A DNA stretch of 64,000 nt from Trypanosoma brucei (lineage: Eukaryota). The notes beneath the pieces were generated by a model. It was not told the DNA's origin. It did no database searches and worked only from the letters and a program-made list of their open reading frames with translations. Positions 42,822 through 53,660 of this stretch are shown here, piece after piece (within the stretch, counting starts at the first letter, position 1; every line of letters begins with the position of its first letter). The position numbers were made by a program, and so were the translations under genes. The DNA is taken from NCBI GenBank assembly GCA_000002445.1, contig CM000208.1, forward strand, positions 2,080,001-2,144,000. Direction: 5' to 3'.

Positions 42822-43835
42822 ATGTTCACTGTTCGTTCTGGCGTTGTGAGATGCGCCAGGTTGTGGGTATTATTCTTTTCCATACACACACCAGCAATCG
42901 CTCACTCCGCTTCGTGGAATGGTAAGCGAGCGAATAAGCAAATTGGGCAACTGGGAGGGTTTTGGAGGAGGGGCGCGATGCACATTCATGAAACGATCCC
43001 TGTTGCGATTGTTGACCCTGCGGAGCCCAACGCTGCACCAATACGGAGACACATTGAGGATCGCACGCTTTTTGCGTACCGAAATATGGGGTTCGCTCTC
43101 ACACACTACCATTCGTCTTTCACAGGCGCAAACCGCCATCCAATTGTCATTGAAAACATGAACCAACTCCGCGTTTACCACAGGCGGGAGTACACGTACA
43201 ACTTGCTTCTCCGTCGCACGTACAATGTGAAAACGTTTCAAACGGTTTTGGGAATTATTGCAGATTCTAGAGAGCCATTTAACAACGTGAATCAGCTACA
43301 AAATACCAAACTCTACGCATACCGCAATACATCTGCCGATCAGGAAGTTGTCCATCGTTTTAGCAAAGAGGCGGTAGGTGGCTCATACACGCCACCTCAA
43401 TACATGAGGTTTGATGCACTGATCACAGGTCCTCATGCATCTGCCTTTATTACTTCCTGCGACAGCATAACCGAGGAGTTTGTTATAAATTTTGTGCGGG
43501 CTGGGCATTACACATATTACTTGCACCAACATCTCAGTAATCCACGGTACCTTCCTGCTTGGGAAAAGATTTATGGTCCCCGGGGGTCGCGCCCCGCGAA
43601 GCCGGTTCTCTTTTACATTGGCGTTGGGCCGCAGGAGTTCCCGGAGAGTTCAATGAGTGCAGGCATGCAGCGGTCGCTGCACGCCATGGTTGAACGTTGT
43701 GTTGATTGTGTGGAGACACCGCCACCGGGGATTGCGGCAGATTTAATTCCCTTTTCTGTACGTGAAACCGCTCGAAAGTACGGCGTTCGATTGCTGCAGC
43801 GATGGCGAATGCGCTACTTCGCACTCCGATGTTAA
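42822..43835 (+). CDS. Hypothetical protein with a predicted N-terminal signal peptide (the ORF opens at 42666).
   Basis: A 389-aa ORF. From Met 42822 it reads MFTVRSGVVRCARLWVLFFSIHTPAIAHSA|SW, an n/h/c-region pattern with an AHS-A (AxA) cleavage site. The rest is Tyr/Arg-rich with no known domain. Confidence 0.45.
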   Translation: MFTVRSGVVRCARLWVLFFSIHTPAIAHSASWNGKRANKQIGQLGGFWRRGAMHIHETIPVAIVDPAEPNAAPIRRHIEDRTLFAYRNMGFALTHYHSSFTGANRHPIVIENMNQLRVYHRREYTYNLLLRRTYNVKTFQTVLGIIADSREPFNNVNQLQNTKLYAYRNTSADQEVVHRFSKEAVGGSYTPPQYMRFDALITGPHASAFITSCDSITEEFVINFVRAGHYTYYLHQHLSNPRYLPAWEKIYGPRGSRPAKPVLFYIGVGPQEFPESSMSAGMQRSLHAMVERCVDCVETPPPGIAADLIPFSVRETARKYGVRLLQRWRMRYFALRC

Positions 43836-44625
43836 TGCATTCCCGGGGGAGGGGAGAATGTTTGCTACCCTCAGAGTGCGTTATTTTCCCAACCTTATGC
43901 ACTCGTTTTTGTATATTTGTATCATTAGCTGCTGTGTCGATAATAACTGGTGTGCGCCGTTCTCTGGTTGTCGGTGCTGTCCGGTTGTTCGTGCAATTGG
44001 CATTTATATATAAAAAGATGTGTATGTGTTCGTTGAGACGGCACATCAGCAAGTTTACCGTCGCAATTTAAACGTCATCGAACTTTGTGATTGGTGTTGT
44101 TTCGTCTTGTTCCCCACCTTACTTGACTTTCGTTGCCAGACAATCGCTTGTTCAGGTTTTCTTTTGCTTTCTACTCTCCCTGACGCCGTGGCGTGTAGGT
44201 ACCATGCGGAGTGGCGGTATCACTTCAAGCCATGCCGGTGTAGTGAGGCAATAGGTACTGTTTGTTGGATATGTGGGGACTTTTGTTGTGTATCTTTGGA
44301 GGAATGAGAGAGACACGTATTTTTTTTCTTTTTTCTTTTTTGGAAGGTGGACATGTTGCATGTTGCATGTACTTATTCACTTCCCAACTACCTTCTCACG
44401 AGTCGGTCTTTTGCCTTTTGAAAGTCTCCTTCTTTTTCCCTTTTTATACAAAGGTTGCTTTATTACACCTTCCAGCCTAGCGATAGACTCGAGCGTGTGC
44501 GCAGGTCCCCCCTCCCCTTCCCGTCGTTTCCGCTGATTCATTTCTCGGATTGTCGGGCTGTTGTCCCCCCCCTTTGTTTTACCGTTTCCGTCATATTTAC
44601 TCGGTGACGCCATCACCCATTTGCC

Positions 44626-45882
44626 ATGTCGGATGGGGGGAATGTTCTTGGTCGACCAGGGGATTGCAACAACTGCATAGAAACTGCCAAAAGCAACTTT
44701 CATTGCTCCGCGTCCACTGATGCCTCTGCTGCCCAAAATGTTCCGGTACCAGTTCCAGACCCTGGTCTTAATGCTACCGTAGGTGCTGACTCAGTTCTTG
44801 CCCCTCCTGTTGGTACGGATGAACAAGACGATGACAGCTCTGTGGAGTCCGCCTCGGTGAGCGCTTCTGGCAACCCAGAAAATGAAGAAAATCTACTTGT
44901 CGATGAGTTTGGCTTCATTATCGATGAAGAAGAACATGATCGGGTGCAGCGGTACATCAGAGGCATTGACGGTAAACGTGTTGCTCGGCGCGAGGTGAAG
45001 TGGCAGAAGATGCAGGCGAACTGGGAGTCAATGAGCAAGAAACGTCGTAGTAAAGTGAAGTCGCGCTGCCGCAAGGGTATTCCATCTTCTTTTCGGGGTG
45101 CAGCGTGGCAGCTATTGATAGGCTCGTACTTGGAAATGCTGAACCCCGGCAACGAGGGCACATATGATTGCCTTCGCCTCAAAGATATCTCGGATGAAGG
45201 GTTGAAAGGAACAATTTCGCGGGACCTTCCGAGGACCTTCCCGAAGCACGTTTTGTTTAGAGAAGAGGGCGGTATTGGACAGACATTTTTGCGCAATGTA
45301 CTTCACGCCTACGCTAACATCGACCCGGAGGTGGGGTATGTGCAGGGCATGGCATTTGTTGTTGGTGCGCTCTACACGCAGATGACCGAGGAGGAGACAT
45401 TTTGGGCTTTGCACACTCTCATGAACGGCGAAAAGTATCGGTTGCGGGAGATGTACAAACCGGGGTTTCCTATGCTTCATAAACTTTTCTACCAGTTACA
45501 GCGGTTGATGGCCAAACTGCTTCCAAACCTATACGAGCACTTTGAGGAGCTTGGTGTTCACCCAACATACTATGCCTCACGGTGGTTTATGACACTGTTT
45601 GTGTATGACTTTAACTTTCGTGCTGTGTTGAGGATTTGGGACATTTTTTTGAGTGAGGGGTGGAAGATTATATTTCGTATCGCTATTGTTTTGCTGAAGT
45701 TGGAGGAGCGGCGATTGCTTGCCATGTCTTTTGAGGAGATCATCTTTGCAACGAAAACTCTTGAACAGGGCAAAGATCCTGATGAACTTATTCGGCGAGC
45801 ACATGGGGTCCGGTTTAAGACAGCTGAGCTGGAGGCCTTCGCGAGGGAGTATGAATTAAACAAACGTGAAGGGCAGGTGTGA
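44626..45882 (+). CDS. TBC-domain Rab-GAP, TBC1D10 (EPI64)/Msb3-Msb4-like, the long paralog.
   Basis: KGIPSSFRGAAWQLLIGS resembles TBC1D10A KGIPHHFRAIVWQLLCSA. ISRDLPRTFP carries the Arg finger and DPEVGYVQGMAFVVGALYTQMTEEETFWAL carries the Gln finger. WFMTLFVYDFNFRAVLRIWDIFLSEGWKIIFRIAIVLL resembles WFLTIF...RIFDIFMSEGLEIVFRVGLALL. Confidence 0.9.
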   Translation: MSDGGNVLGRPGDCNNCIETAKSNFHCSASTDASAAQNVPVPVPDPGLNATVGADSVLAPPVGTDEQDDDSSVESASVSASGNPENEENLLVDEFGFIIDEEEHDRVQRYIRGIDGKRVARREVKWQKMQANWESMSKKRRSKVKSRCRKGIPSSFRGAAWQLLIGSYLEMLNPGNEGTYDCLRLKDISDEGLKGTISRDLPRTFPKHVLFREEGGIGQTFLRNVLHAYANIDPEVGYVQGMAFVVGALYTQMTEEETFWALHTLMNGEKYRLREMYKPGFPMLHKLFYQLQRLMAKLLPNLYEHFEELGVHPTYYASRWFMTLFVYDFNFRAVLRIWDIFLSEGWKIIFRIAIVLLKLEERRLLAMSFEEIIFATKTLEQGKDPDELIRRAHGVRFKTAELEAFAREYELNKREGQV

Positions 45883-46549
45883 GCTGTGTGTTCACTGCAT
45901 TTTGTGGCTAATTATCTCGTCATCGTACATAAATGATCTTTGTGCCGGCGCTTCTTCATCTTTTAGTTTAGACCCTCTCTTTTTGTCTTCCAGGAACAGG
46001 TGGTTTGCCCGGGTACATTTTATTGGTGGTTCCCCGCATCTTTATTGTGCCAGCAGAAAGTTTTGGATATGGTTCTGTTTCGGGGCTGTTGTGACATTTT
46101 TTTCTGACAACAGGGCTCTTTCGTTTGTTCCACTTTCCGTTTGCTTTCCGTTTAGGTACCGTTCCCCCCTTTTTTTTCGGCTGCGGTCGCGACTGTTTCG
46201 CATATACTTTTTTTTTTTCGTTACCATACAGGATAAAAAAACTACCTCATTGTTGTCGTTACTGTAGCAGTGACACACACACAAGTGCCCATTTTTACTT
46301 GTATTCATGCCAGCTGCGGTATCCGTTTTCCATATGTTGGTGGTGTTTTTTTTTTCTCATTTATCTTTGTGAGTCACCTTATTTTCCACCCTTCCTTTCA
46401 AGTTTCTAAGTCTTTCCTTGGTGTTTACATTAGGTGCTGTAACACACAAGCGTTGAGGCTCACTTGCGCTCATTTTTCCGTTTTCATGGTTATTCTCGTC
46501 TTAAACCAATTAGCTAACTAAACATTCGAAAGGCGCAACCTCTGCTACC

Positions 46550-46566
46550 GCCCCCCCTTTTTTTTG
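46550..46566 (+). promoter_or_regulatory. C7T10 polypyrimidine tract upstream of the giant gene.
   Basis: ccccccctttttttttt ~190 nt 5' of ATG 46760. Confidence 0.4.
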
Positions 46567-46759
46567 TGATCATATATTTGGTACTTTAGCAACGTGTTGT
46601 CTTTTCTTTCTTTCGCACTTACTCACTGGCGTACTCCTTTCCTTGTTTACTTGTGCGGATGTATAAGGAGGAAAAGAAACAAGAACGGAACAGATAATAA
46701 AGGTCAACAAGGTGAGCCACCATTAAACTGATAGGTAGGAAGGAGGAGTCCTTGTTCAA

Positions 46760-49700
46760 ATGAAGGCAGCGCAACCCGTTGTTGTGGATGTGGAAGAGAC
46801 ATTTGACAGCGTGGCTGAGAAGTTGTGGTGTGCGTTACCCTCCGTGGCCAAATTCCACGCCACATTTGAGAAGACACCAATTCTTGGTGCTGAAAGCGGC
46901 AATGTGGGTGTAGTGCCACAGCAATCCTCCGTGGAGGACACTTCTGAGGCTGCGGCAGCAAAACTGGACCCACCCGTGACAATACGGGATGCAGTGGTTC
47001 CTGTTGATGAGATGCAACACCTCGCTGGTTGTGTCTACACGGCGTGCCACACGAATCCTGTGGACGCCGATGTGGAAGCTGCTGTCGCCGCGATTTTAGA
47101 CAAAGGGGATGAGGAAAATTCTGTCGAATACAGCTGGGGTGATTTCCGTGAGTTTCTGGAGCGTGTCGAGTCGCAGTGGATGGAGTGGGCCGACATGGAC
47201 CAGAAGTGGCTGGCAGTCACGGAAAGACAGCACATTCAGGTACTGAAGGACTTGTTAGAGTCGATAACTTATGATGTAGAACCTTTTGGACTGCTGCCAC
47301 GTGACAAAGTTCTTACGATGCGTTCCACTATTGTTCACACGAAGCAGCTGCGGACTCTATTTAAGACTTTCGTTGATTTTGTGTCTCCTCCTGAGTACCC
47401 GGCGGTTTATGACAAGCTGTGGGGGCTGCTTATCGCATCTCAAAACGGCTGTGAAGTTGCGGAAGTGAGCCCAGAAACCCCTCTTGAGCTGAACTCTTTC
47501 ACTAAATTCGTTCTGTGGTTTTGCCTTTCGATATTCGTAAACGCCACGGAAGCAGGATTAGTTGTGGCTGCCAAGACGTTGTGGCTCAGGCACCTCAACG
47601 AGCGAGGTGTTATGTTAAAAAAACAGTTTGTGGATGTGTGTCGCTACATGTGTAAGTTTTACAGTGTTGGTGGAAGTGATGTAGAATATTTTGAAAAATG
47701 TTGTGCCCGCAGTGAAGAAGCTCTACAGGGCTCAGACGAACTTCCCCCATTCGCACTTTTCCAACAGTACATGCAGCCCACAGAAGGCCGCATGCTGGTC
47801 GACCCGAACGATCTCTACATTCCAGAAGAGCTCGAGCGGAGTAAATGGATGGAGGAACTTTACCGCATGAATTGCAGTTCCAACCGCATTATTGTTCATG
47901 GCCGGCGGGGTGTTGGAAAGTCACATCTGGCGGCTTCCTTGGCGAAACGGTTGGGTTGCGTTCACTTGGATGCTGGAGAGCTCGCCCTCGAAGCAGAAGC
48001 TGCAGCTCCGGCCGATCCACTCGGGGCACAGTTACGTGAATGCACGGATGCAGATGCCCCCATTTCGCTCGCAACCCTCGCAGCACTTGTACGCAAGAAG
48101 ATATGTAGCAGCGAAACACGGTATAGGGGTTATGTGTTCAGCGATATTCCATTTTTTTCTAGCGAGAATGACGCGGAGAAAATCAGTTTTTTTACCGATT
48201 GTGGTCTTTTGGATGAACTTGTGCCCACCACATTTGTGCTGGTGGATTGTGAAAACGAGTTTCACCCCGAACGACTTGAGGCTACACTGGCGGCACGGGA
48301 GTCAGACCACCAGGAAGAACTGAGTCTTTTGAAAGAGGAGAAAGAAGAGGAAGCTTCTTACGAGGCACTGGCGCAAAAAATTGAGGAGTTGAAGGCGACA
48401 TTGTCGCAAATTACTACAAAACAGGAGGTGGAGGGTGGTGCGGAGGCACCGGAAGGCGAGGAAGCGAACGCTCCGGAGCTGGATCCCGAGGAGGTTGAGA
48501 AGGACTTGAAACAGTTACTTGAGGATCAAACTGTACAAGAAGAGAGGAAGATTGAGCAGGCTGATTCCCGCATCGCCCGTACCAAGAAGTATAGGGAATT
48601 GAGATTAAGGAGGCTCGTTGCGCAAACTCTCTCCGAGGGATACGAAAGCGGTAATGAAATGTCTCTGACAGCATTGCCATGTTTCGAGACCGCTCTCTGT
48701 CGTGCCCGCTTGATGGGTCGGTGTTTGACGGTTGACTGTGCTTCCGTTGCGGAGGAGGCTGTTACCTACATTGTGGACACGCTGTCATTACAACCCTGCG
48801 TCAGACCCTGGGCCCTTGTTGACAAGGTGGAACGGGACCCCGAAAGGGAAGGAAGCGTATTTGATGACCCGGATATCGAGCGTCTCACGGAGGAGTTTGC
48901 CACCAACTTCGGTGTAATGACCTCAAGTCGGTGGAAGCGTTTCTGCCCTGTGACATTTGCTGAACATGGCGTCTTGGTAGAGGGCTCCATAGCTTTCGGA
49001 TGTGTGTTTCGGCAGCAGCTCTTTTACCTCGCATCCGAGGAAAAGCTTTCAATGTTTAGGGCAAACCCATGCCTCTATCTTGGTACACTTCCGCTGAGTA
49101 GGGAACCAATACTTCTTCTTTCCCTTGTTGAACCTCAGAATGATGCGCAACTTTCACCCACTGATATGCAAATATTGGTACGGAAACTGCACGAGCAACT
49201 GGATCTAACTCCCATGGCCTTTAGTGAGTTCACTACCCTTTGGGACAGTCACCGGTTGTTGAAGGGGAAGCGTGCAGAAGTGTTGTCAAATAGAACAAAG
49301 TATGAAGTTGTTGAGCGAAAGCAGCGTGCTGATCGGCTGAAGAAGCGTTTGGCGCAAGAGAAGCGAAAGAAGAAGTCTCAGAAGAGTCCTGGAAAAGGTA
49401 AGGGCAAGAAAGCTAAGTCTGTTGTGGAAGAAGTCACCGTAGAGGAATACAAGGGGTGGGAGAAGAAGGCGGAGGCACCGGAGACTATTGCCACACGCAT
49501 CGCGAAAAATTTGGAAGAGAGGCTTGAACGCCAGAATACACTTGTCCCCGTTTTGGTGCACGCGTTGGACGACAACCCCCTTAGTGGGTTCGATCAATTG
49601 TTTTCAGAGAAGGTCGTACCTCGCACAGTGGTCGTACTGCAGTATGAGAAACCGACGAAGGCGGAGGATAGTGCGGTGCTGGAACCGTCAGCAGCTGAAG

Positions 49701-52700
49701 GGGTGGAGGAAAATAGCGGCGAAGTTCCAAAGGTTCTTCTCCCGCAAGAGGTCGTGCTGGATAAGTTGTCAGACCTTCCGGACGGTGGTGTCGATATCGT
49801 GGCTGAGGTGTCACCTCATGACGTCGCCATTCACCGTATTGTCGTTAATGACAAGGATGTGCACGCGTTAGTCACGGAAATCATGCAAGCTGTATGCCCT
49901 GGTATGGACCCTGTTGGGGTGGGCGTTGTTGATGATGCGGTGGGTGAGGATGATGAGGAAGATGCACAGGAGTTTGATGATGATGAAAACGAGGAGGATG
50001 ATGTACCAACCGCAGTCAACCCCGCCATCAAACCAGGAAAAACGTTCCTAAACCAGTTTGGTACCACGTTGGAGTTTTGTCCGGTGACTCTTTGCGAAAG
50101 GAGACTCTTAGTACGAGGCCAGAGTGATCACTGTCTGCAGTATCGAGGTTACGTGTACACATTTGCTTCACTGGAGGCGAAAACAAAGTTTGAGTTCAAC
50201 CCCCTTCGCTACATGCGTTCCTCGTATTCGCTTCCCCCATGTCGCATGTGGATCGTTGGTCAGTCGAAAAGTGGTAAGAAGACCCTTGCACAATCACTCC
50301 ACGAAGCCTACGACGTGCCGTATTTCCAATACAATAGGAAGTTGTTTGACCAGTGCGTTGAAGTCGCTATGACTCCCACAGGTGGCGTGATTAGCAATAT
50401 TTTTATCCCACCGCAGACTTTTGACAATCCTTATCTTGCATTAGCCGCGGGGATCTTAAAAGAGGTGCAGGAGTTTGACCCAGAACAGGAGCGGCGCATG
50501 AAGTTGCGTGAGGAAGCTGAGCGAGAGCTGGAGCGACGCGAGGAGGCGGCAAACAATGGGGATGAAGAGGAGGATGAACTCGACGAAGAGGCCGAAGCGC
50601 GGTTGCAGGAACATTTGGCATTCGAGCCTGAAACTGAGCATGACCGTCAGTTGCGGCTAAGTGAGGCATACCTGAAGGTTGCGGGTTGTGTAACGCACAT
50701 AGAGCCTTTCGCTTCGAAGGGTTACATCATGGTGTGCCCTCCCTTTTCTGACGGTGATATAGAGGTTCTATCATCCGTGGACGCTATTCCTGAGGTTACA
50801 GTGAATATGGAGGTTTCGGATGAAATCTATATTAAACGTAACAAGGAGGCGATGAGCAGCGTAAGTTATTCTGAAATGTCATCAGGTGGTATACCAGAAG
50901 TCCGTGAGGAGCCCGTGGTTAATGAAGAAGCCAAACTTTTGAGGAGGTTAGAGTATGAAGATAGGCGGAAGGAGCGTGAAGTGGCCAGGTGGCGCCGTCG
51001 CCACATTGGCGCAGATGACCCGGAGTCAGACATAGACGAGGAGCTCGGGGACGAAGGAGCTGCTGGAGGTGGGAACGATGAAAGCCAAGAGGATGAAGCT
51101 AATGAGCGTCCATTTGATCAAGATTTGATCGTGGAAAAAGAAGCCGTTGGAGAATTTGCGGAAGCTGTTGAGGAGCGTTCAATCCCGATGATCGTACTCA
51201 ATGGCGATCTCTCCCGGAATGCCGTTTTTCGCAGGGCGGTCCGTCGGTTGAGTAGGTTTTTAGAAAATCGTCGCTCCCTTTTGCACGCCCCGCAAATTGT
51301 GCGGTATGAGGATGCCACTCGGATGCTCGAGTCAGGCGAGGCAACCCTGTCATGCTTCGGCAGCACCGATCCCGTGACGCTGTATGACCTCAGACACGGA
51401 AGTAGGCGTGTATGCAAATGGAGGCCGGATGGTGCATATCTGGAGGAGGAACCTTTGATAGAACCTGACTCGTCTTCTTCCGACGCCCAGGGGACAGCAG
51501 TTCCTGAAGGAAGTGAGGGTAAAGATGAATCAGAAGACACTCTCGACTCCGGCGATAGAAAGCCAGAGCCCCCTCAGTTAGACACGTCTTCCACGGAGGG
51601 AGACACTGAAAGTGGTGACGATGAGGAGATGAGTGAGCTGGATTCAGAGTTACTGGATGAAATCACCGAAAAATTCGCTAATCGACGTCGACGTGAATGG
51701 CTTCGTACATGCCAGCGTGTGGCCCTCCTCCATGGCCGTTTATTCTTCTTCGAGAGTGATGAAACGCTCTTACGCTACATGCAGAATCCTCTTCTTTTCA
51801 TTCAACAGCCTCCGCCACAGCCTCCACTACGGAGCATGCCCGTGATTACATTTTATGACGATGACGGTGCGTATCCCCCTGAGAATAGCGGGCCGTCGAG
51901 GAAGCGATGTACCGCTGAGCACGTAGCCTTCAATCTAAACTGGATTTATCTTTCTCTTCCGAAGCTCCTCTCCTGGAGCGCAGTAAATGCTTCCTTGCTT
52001 TCTTTGTCGAGAAAAGCTATTGATGCTGTTCTTAGCGGTTCTGTGGATGATGCTTTGGTGGCCCGGTTGCTAGGTCATCGACTCAATGCGGCTGATGCTA
52101 AGCAGAACGGCGTTGTGCTCCACAACTTGCCGAGGACCCCCGACCAATACCGTCTGCTTTTGGCGTGGGGACTTAAGGTGGACAAAATATTTCAGTTTGA
52201 TGACAATTACAGGGACGTTGCGACCCTAATGAAGTCAACGGCCACCATTGAGAAGCAACTGACGACAGCTCGAGTATCTGTCGCCGGTCTCTCTGAAATT
52301 TGCGACTGTATTGATGGTTTCGTCGTCAACGAGGGTCGTGCAATTTTATCTCACCTAACGGGGTTCCCTATAGATATAGACAATTCATACCACACGGTAG
52401 CCGATATTGAAACGCATCTCTCACCATATCGCTGGTTCTGCCCTTACAGTTGGTGTTTGGGTGAAAACCTTGTGGACCAGGAGAAGGCTGACTGCCGTTT
52501 CGCGGCTTTGTACGATGGCCAGTACTACTTTTTTTCTTCTGAGGAGTACCTCGAGAGGTTTCTTCTGTGTCCCTCGCAGGTGACGCTTCCACCCGGATTC
52601 AAAGCCCTCCCGACCCCTCTTCCCGTGCGGGTACAACCCAGCACAGAATATGCGTTCGAGTTGGAGGGATGCTGTCCTGTTCTCTTATACGATACACGGG

Positions 52701-53269
52701 AAAACCGAGGCCTTCGTGGTGTATTGGAACCTGTGGCAAGGAAAGGTAACCCGTCTTGCATTGTTGAGTATGGCGGTTGCTACTACGCCTTACTTGATGA
52801 GGAAGCAGTCCGAAGGTTCCTCATGCGTCCATGGCAATATGTGGACGGAGCGAAGTTGCCGCCCTCGCGGAAGGTGCCACTACCGGAAGGTAAGACGATG
52901 TCTACCATTGATGAAGAGGAGTTCATCCGCCGTATACTTTACGACCCTGTTGCGCACGCTCTGATAGCCGTGGCGGAGGTGCGCCCAAAGTACTACGGGC
53001 TTTCGCTGGAAGAGTCTGCGCTAAAGTATATTGCCCTTCACATGAAATGCTTTAATCCCAAGAATAGTGAGATACAAGCCAAGCAGTACAAGAAGAAGTT
53101 TGAAATTTTCAGCAAGCAATCTACATTGTACAAAACTATAACGATGCATTCCAACAGTATTACGCAGAATGAAAAGTTTGCAGAGCTTTGCGATGAGTGG
53201 GAGAATTCCAAGTATGGCCGCGAAAAGGAGCTTTCAATACACTGCGGTTGTGAGACCGAGCCTGTTTGA
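46760..53269 (+). CDS. Giant multidomain protein (2169 aa) with degenerate adenylate-kinase-like P-loop modules, acidic/coiled-coil stretches and four cysteine-depleted YHS/TRASH-like modules. It is a candidate flagellar/axonemal adenylate-kinase-domain protein.
   Basis: An uninterrupted 6.5-kb ORF. AK-like cores are IIVHGRRGVGKSHLA...YRGYVFSDIPF (GxxGxGK + GFLIDGFPR-like), MWIVGQSKSGKKTLAQ..., and NGVVLHNLPRTPDQYRLL...VDKIFQFD. There are long Glu/Asp-rich segments. Four modules match CP(V/Y)...(Y/F)xGxYYxFxSxExxxxFxxxPxxY, seen as FCPVTFAEHG...FYLASEEKLSMFRANPCLY; FCPVTLCERR...YRGYVYTFASLEAKTKFEFNPLRY; FCPYSWCLGE...YDGQYYFFSSEEYLERFLLCP; CCPVLLYDTR...YGGCYYALLDEEAVRRFLMRPWQY. Confidence 0.85.
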   Translation: MKAAQPVVVDVEETFDSVAEKLWCALPSVAKFHATFEKTPILGAESGNVGVVPQQSSVEDTSEAAAAKLDPPVTIRDAVVPVDEMQHLAGCVYTACHTNPVDADVEAAVAAILDKGDEENSVEYSWGDFREFLERVESQWMEWADMDQKWLAVTERQHIQVLKDLLESITYDVEPFGLLPRDKVLTMRSTIVHTKQLRTLFKTFVDFVSPPEYPAVYDKLWGLLIASQNGCEVAEVSPETPLELNSFTKFVLWFCLSIFVNATEAGLVVAAKTLWLRHLNERGVMLKKQFVDVCRYMCKFYSVGGSDVEYFEKCCARSEEALQGSDELPPFALFQQYMQPTEGRMLVDPNDLYIPEELERSKWMEELYRMNCSSNRIIVHGRRGVGKSHLAASLAKRLGCVHLDAGELALEAEAAAPADPLGAQLRECTDADAPISLATLAALVRKKICSSETRYRGYVFSDIPFFSSENDAEKISFFTDCGLLDELVPTTFVLVDCENEFHPERLEATLAARESDHQEELSLLKEEKEEEASYEALAQKIEELKATLSQITTKQEVEGGAEAPEGEEANAPELDPEEVEKDLKQLLEDQTVQEERKIEQADSRIARTKKYRELRLRRLVAQTLSEGYESGNEMSLTALPCFETALCRARLMGRCLTVDCASVAEEAVTYIVDTLSLQPCVRPWALVDKVERDPEREGSVFDDPDIERLTEEFATNFGVMTSSRWKRFCPVTFAEHGVLVEGSIAFGCVFRQQLFYLASEEKLSMFRANPCLYLGTLPLSREPILLLSLVEPQNDAQLSPTDMQILVRKLHEQLDLTPMAFSEFTTLWDSHRLLKGKRAEVLSNRTKYEVVERKQRADRLKKRLAQEKRKKKSQKSPGKGKGKKAKSVVEEVTVEEYKGWEKKAEAPETIATRIAKNLEERLERQNTLVPVLVHALDDNPLSGFDQLFSEKVVPRTVVVLQYEKPTKAEDSAVLEPSAAEGVEENSGEVPKVLLPQEVVLDKLSDLPDGGVDIVAEVSPHDVAIHRIVVNDKDVHALVTEIMQAVCPGMDPVGVGVVDDAVGEDDEEDAQEFDDDENEEDDVPTAVNPAIKPGKTFLNQFGTTLEFCPVTLCERRLLVRGQSDHCLQYRGYVYTFASLEAKTKFEFNPLRYMRSSYSLPPCRMWIVGQSKSGKKTLAQSLHEAYDVPYFQYNRKLFDQCVEVAMTPTGGVISNIFIPPQTFDNPYLALAAGILKEVQEFDPEQERRMKLREEAERELERREEAANNGDEEEDELDEEAEARLQEHLAFEPETEHDRQLRLSEAYLKVAGCVTHIEPFASKGYIMVCPPFSDGDIEVLSSVDAIPEVTVNMEVSDEIYIKRNKEAMSSVSYSEMSSGGIPEVREEPVVNEEAKLLRRLEYEDRRKEREVARWRRRHIGADDPESDIDEELGDEGAAGGGNDESQEDEANERPFDQDLIVEKEAVGEFAEAVEERSIPMIVLNGDLSRNAVFRRAVRRLSRFLENRRSLLHAPQIVRYEDATRMLESGEATLSCFGSTDPVTLYDLRHGSRRVCKWRPDGAYLEEEPLIEPDSSSSDAQGTAVPEGSEGKDESEDTLDSGDRKPEPPQLDTSSTEGDTESGDDEEMSELDSELLDEITEKFANRRRREWLRTCQRVALLHGRLFFFESDETLLRYMQNPLLFIQQPPPQPPLRSMPVITFYDDDGAYPPENSGPSRKRCTAEHVAFNLNWIYLSLPKLLSWSAVNASLLSLSRKAIDAVLSGSVDDALVARLLGHRLNAADAKQNGVVLHNLPRTPDQYRLLLAWGLKVDKIFQFDDNYRDVATLMKSTATIEKQLTTARVSVAGLSEICDCIDGFVVNEGRAILSHLTGFPIDIDNSYHTVADIETHLSPYRWFCPYSWCLGENLVDQEKADCRFAALYDGQYYFFSSEEYLERFLLCPSQVTLPPGFKALPTPLPVRVQPSTEYAFELEGCCPVLLYDTRENRGLRGVLEPVARKGNPSCIVEYGGCYYALLDEEAVRRFLMRPWQYVDGAKLPPSRKVPLPEGKTMSTIDEEEFIRRILYDPVAHALIAVAEVRPKYYGLSLEESALKYIALHMKCFNPKNSEIQAKQYKKKFEIFSKQSTLYKTITMHSNSITQNEKFAELCDEWENSKYGREKELSIHCGCETEPV

Positions 53270-53660
53270 GATATTATCTTCGTTGAAGTGTACGTTACTG
53301 TCCTTCCCACGATTGTCAGAAACGGTGAAGATGGTTATGTAAATAGATGGAAAGAAAAGAGAGGTATCCTGCATAGTATTTTGTTGCCCCCTTCTTTCAT
53401 GTGCTACAGGTGCCCTCTGTTTAGATGTTGCGAACCCGCGCGTACATTTCAGGTAGAGCAAAAATATATAGAGCACTGTGGCTTCATCATCTTTGGATTT
53501 TTTTTTTTTTGCAGGCTGTTGGTGTGTCCCCTTCCCATCTCTATACCTCCTTCTTTTCTTTCCCCTTCCTTTTTGTTTTTTCTTCACTTCATACACTCTT
53601 TGAGTCGCCATTTCATTTCGAATTACTGACCCAGCGGGGGACACGTTATTTAGTGAGTGC

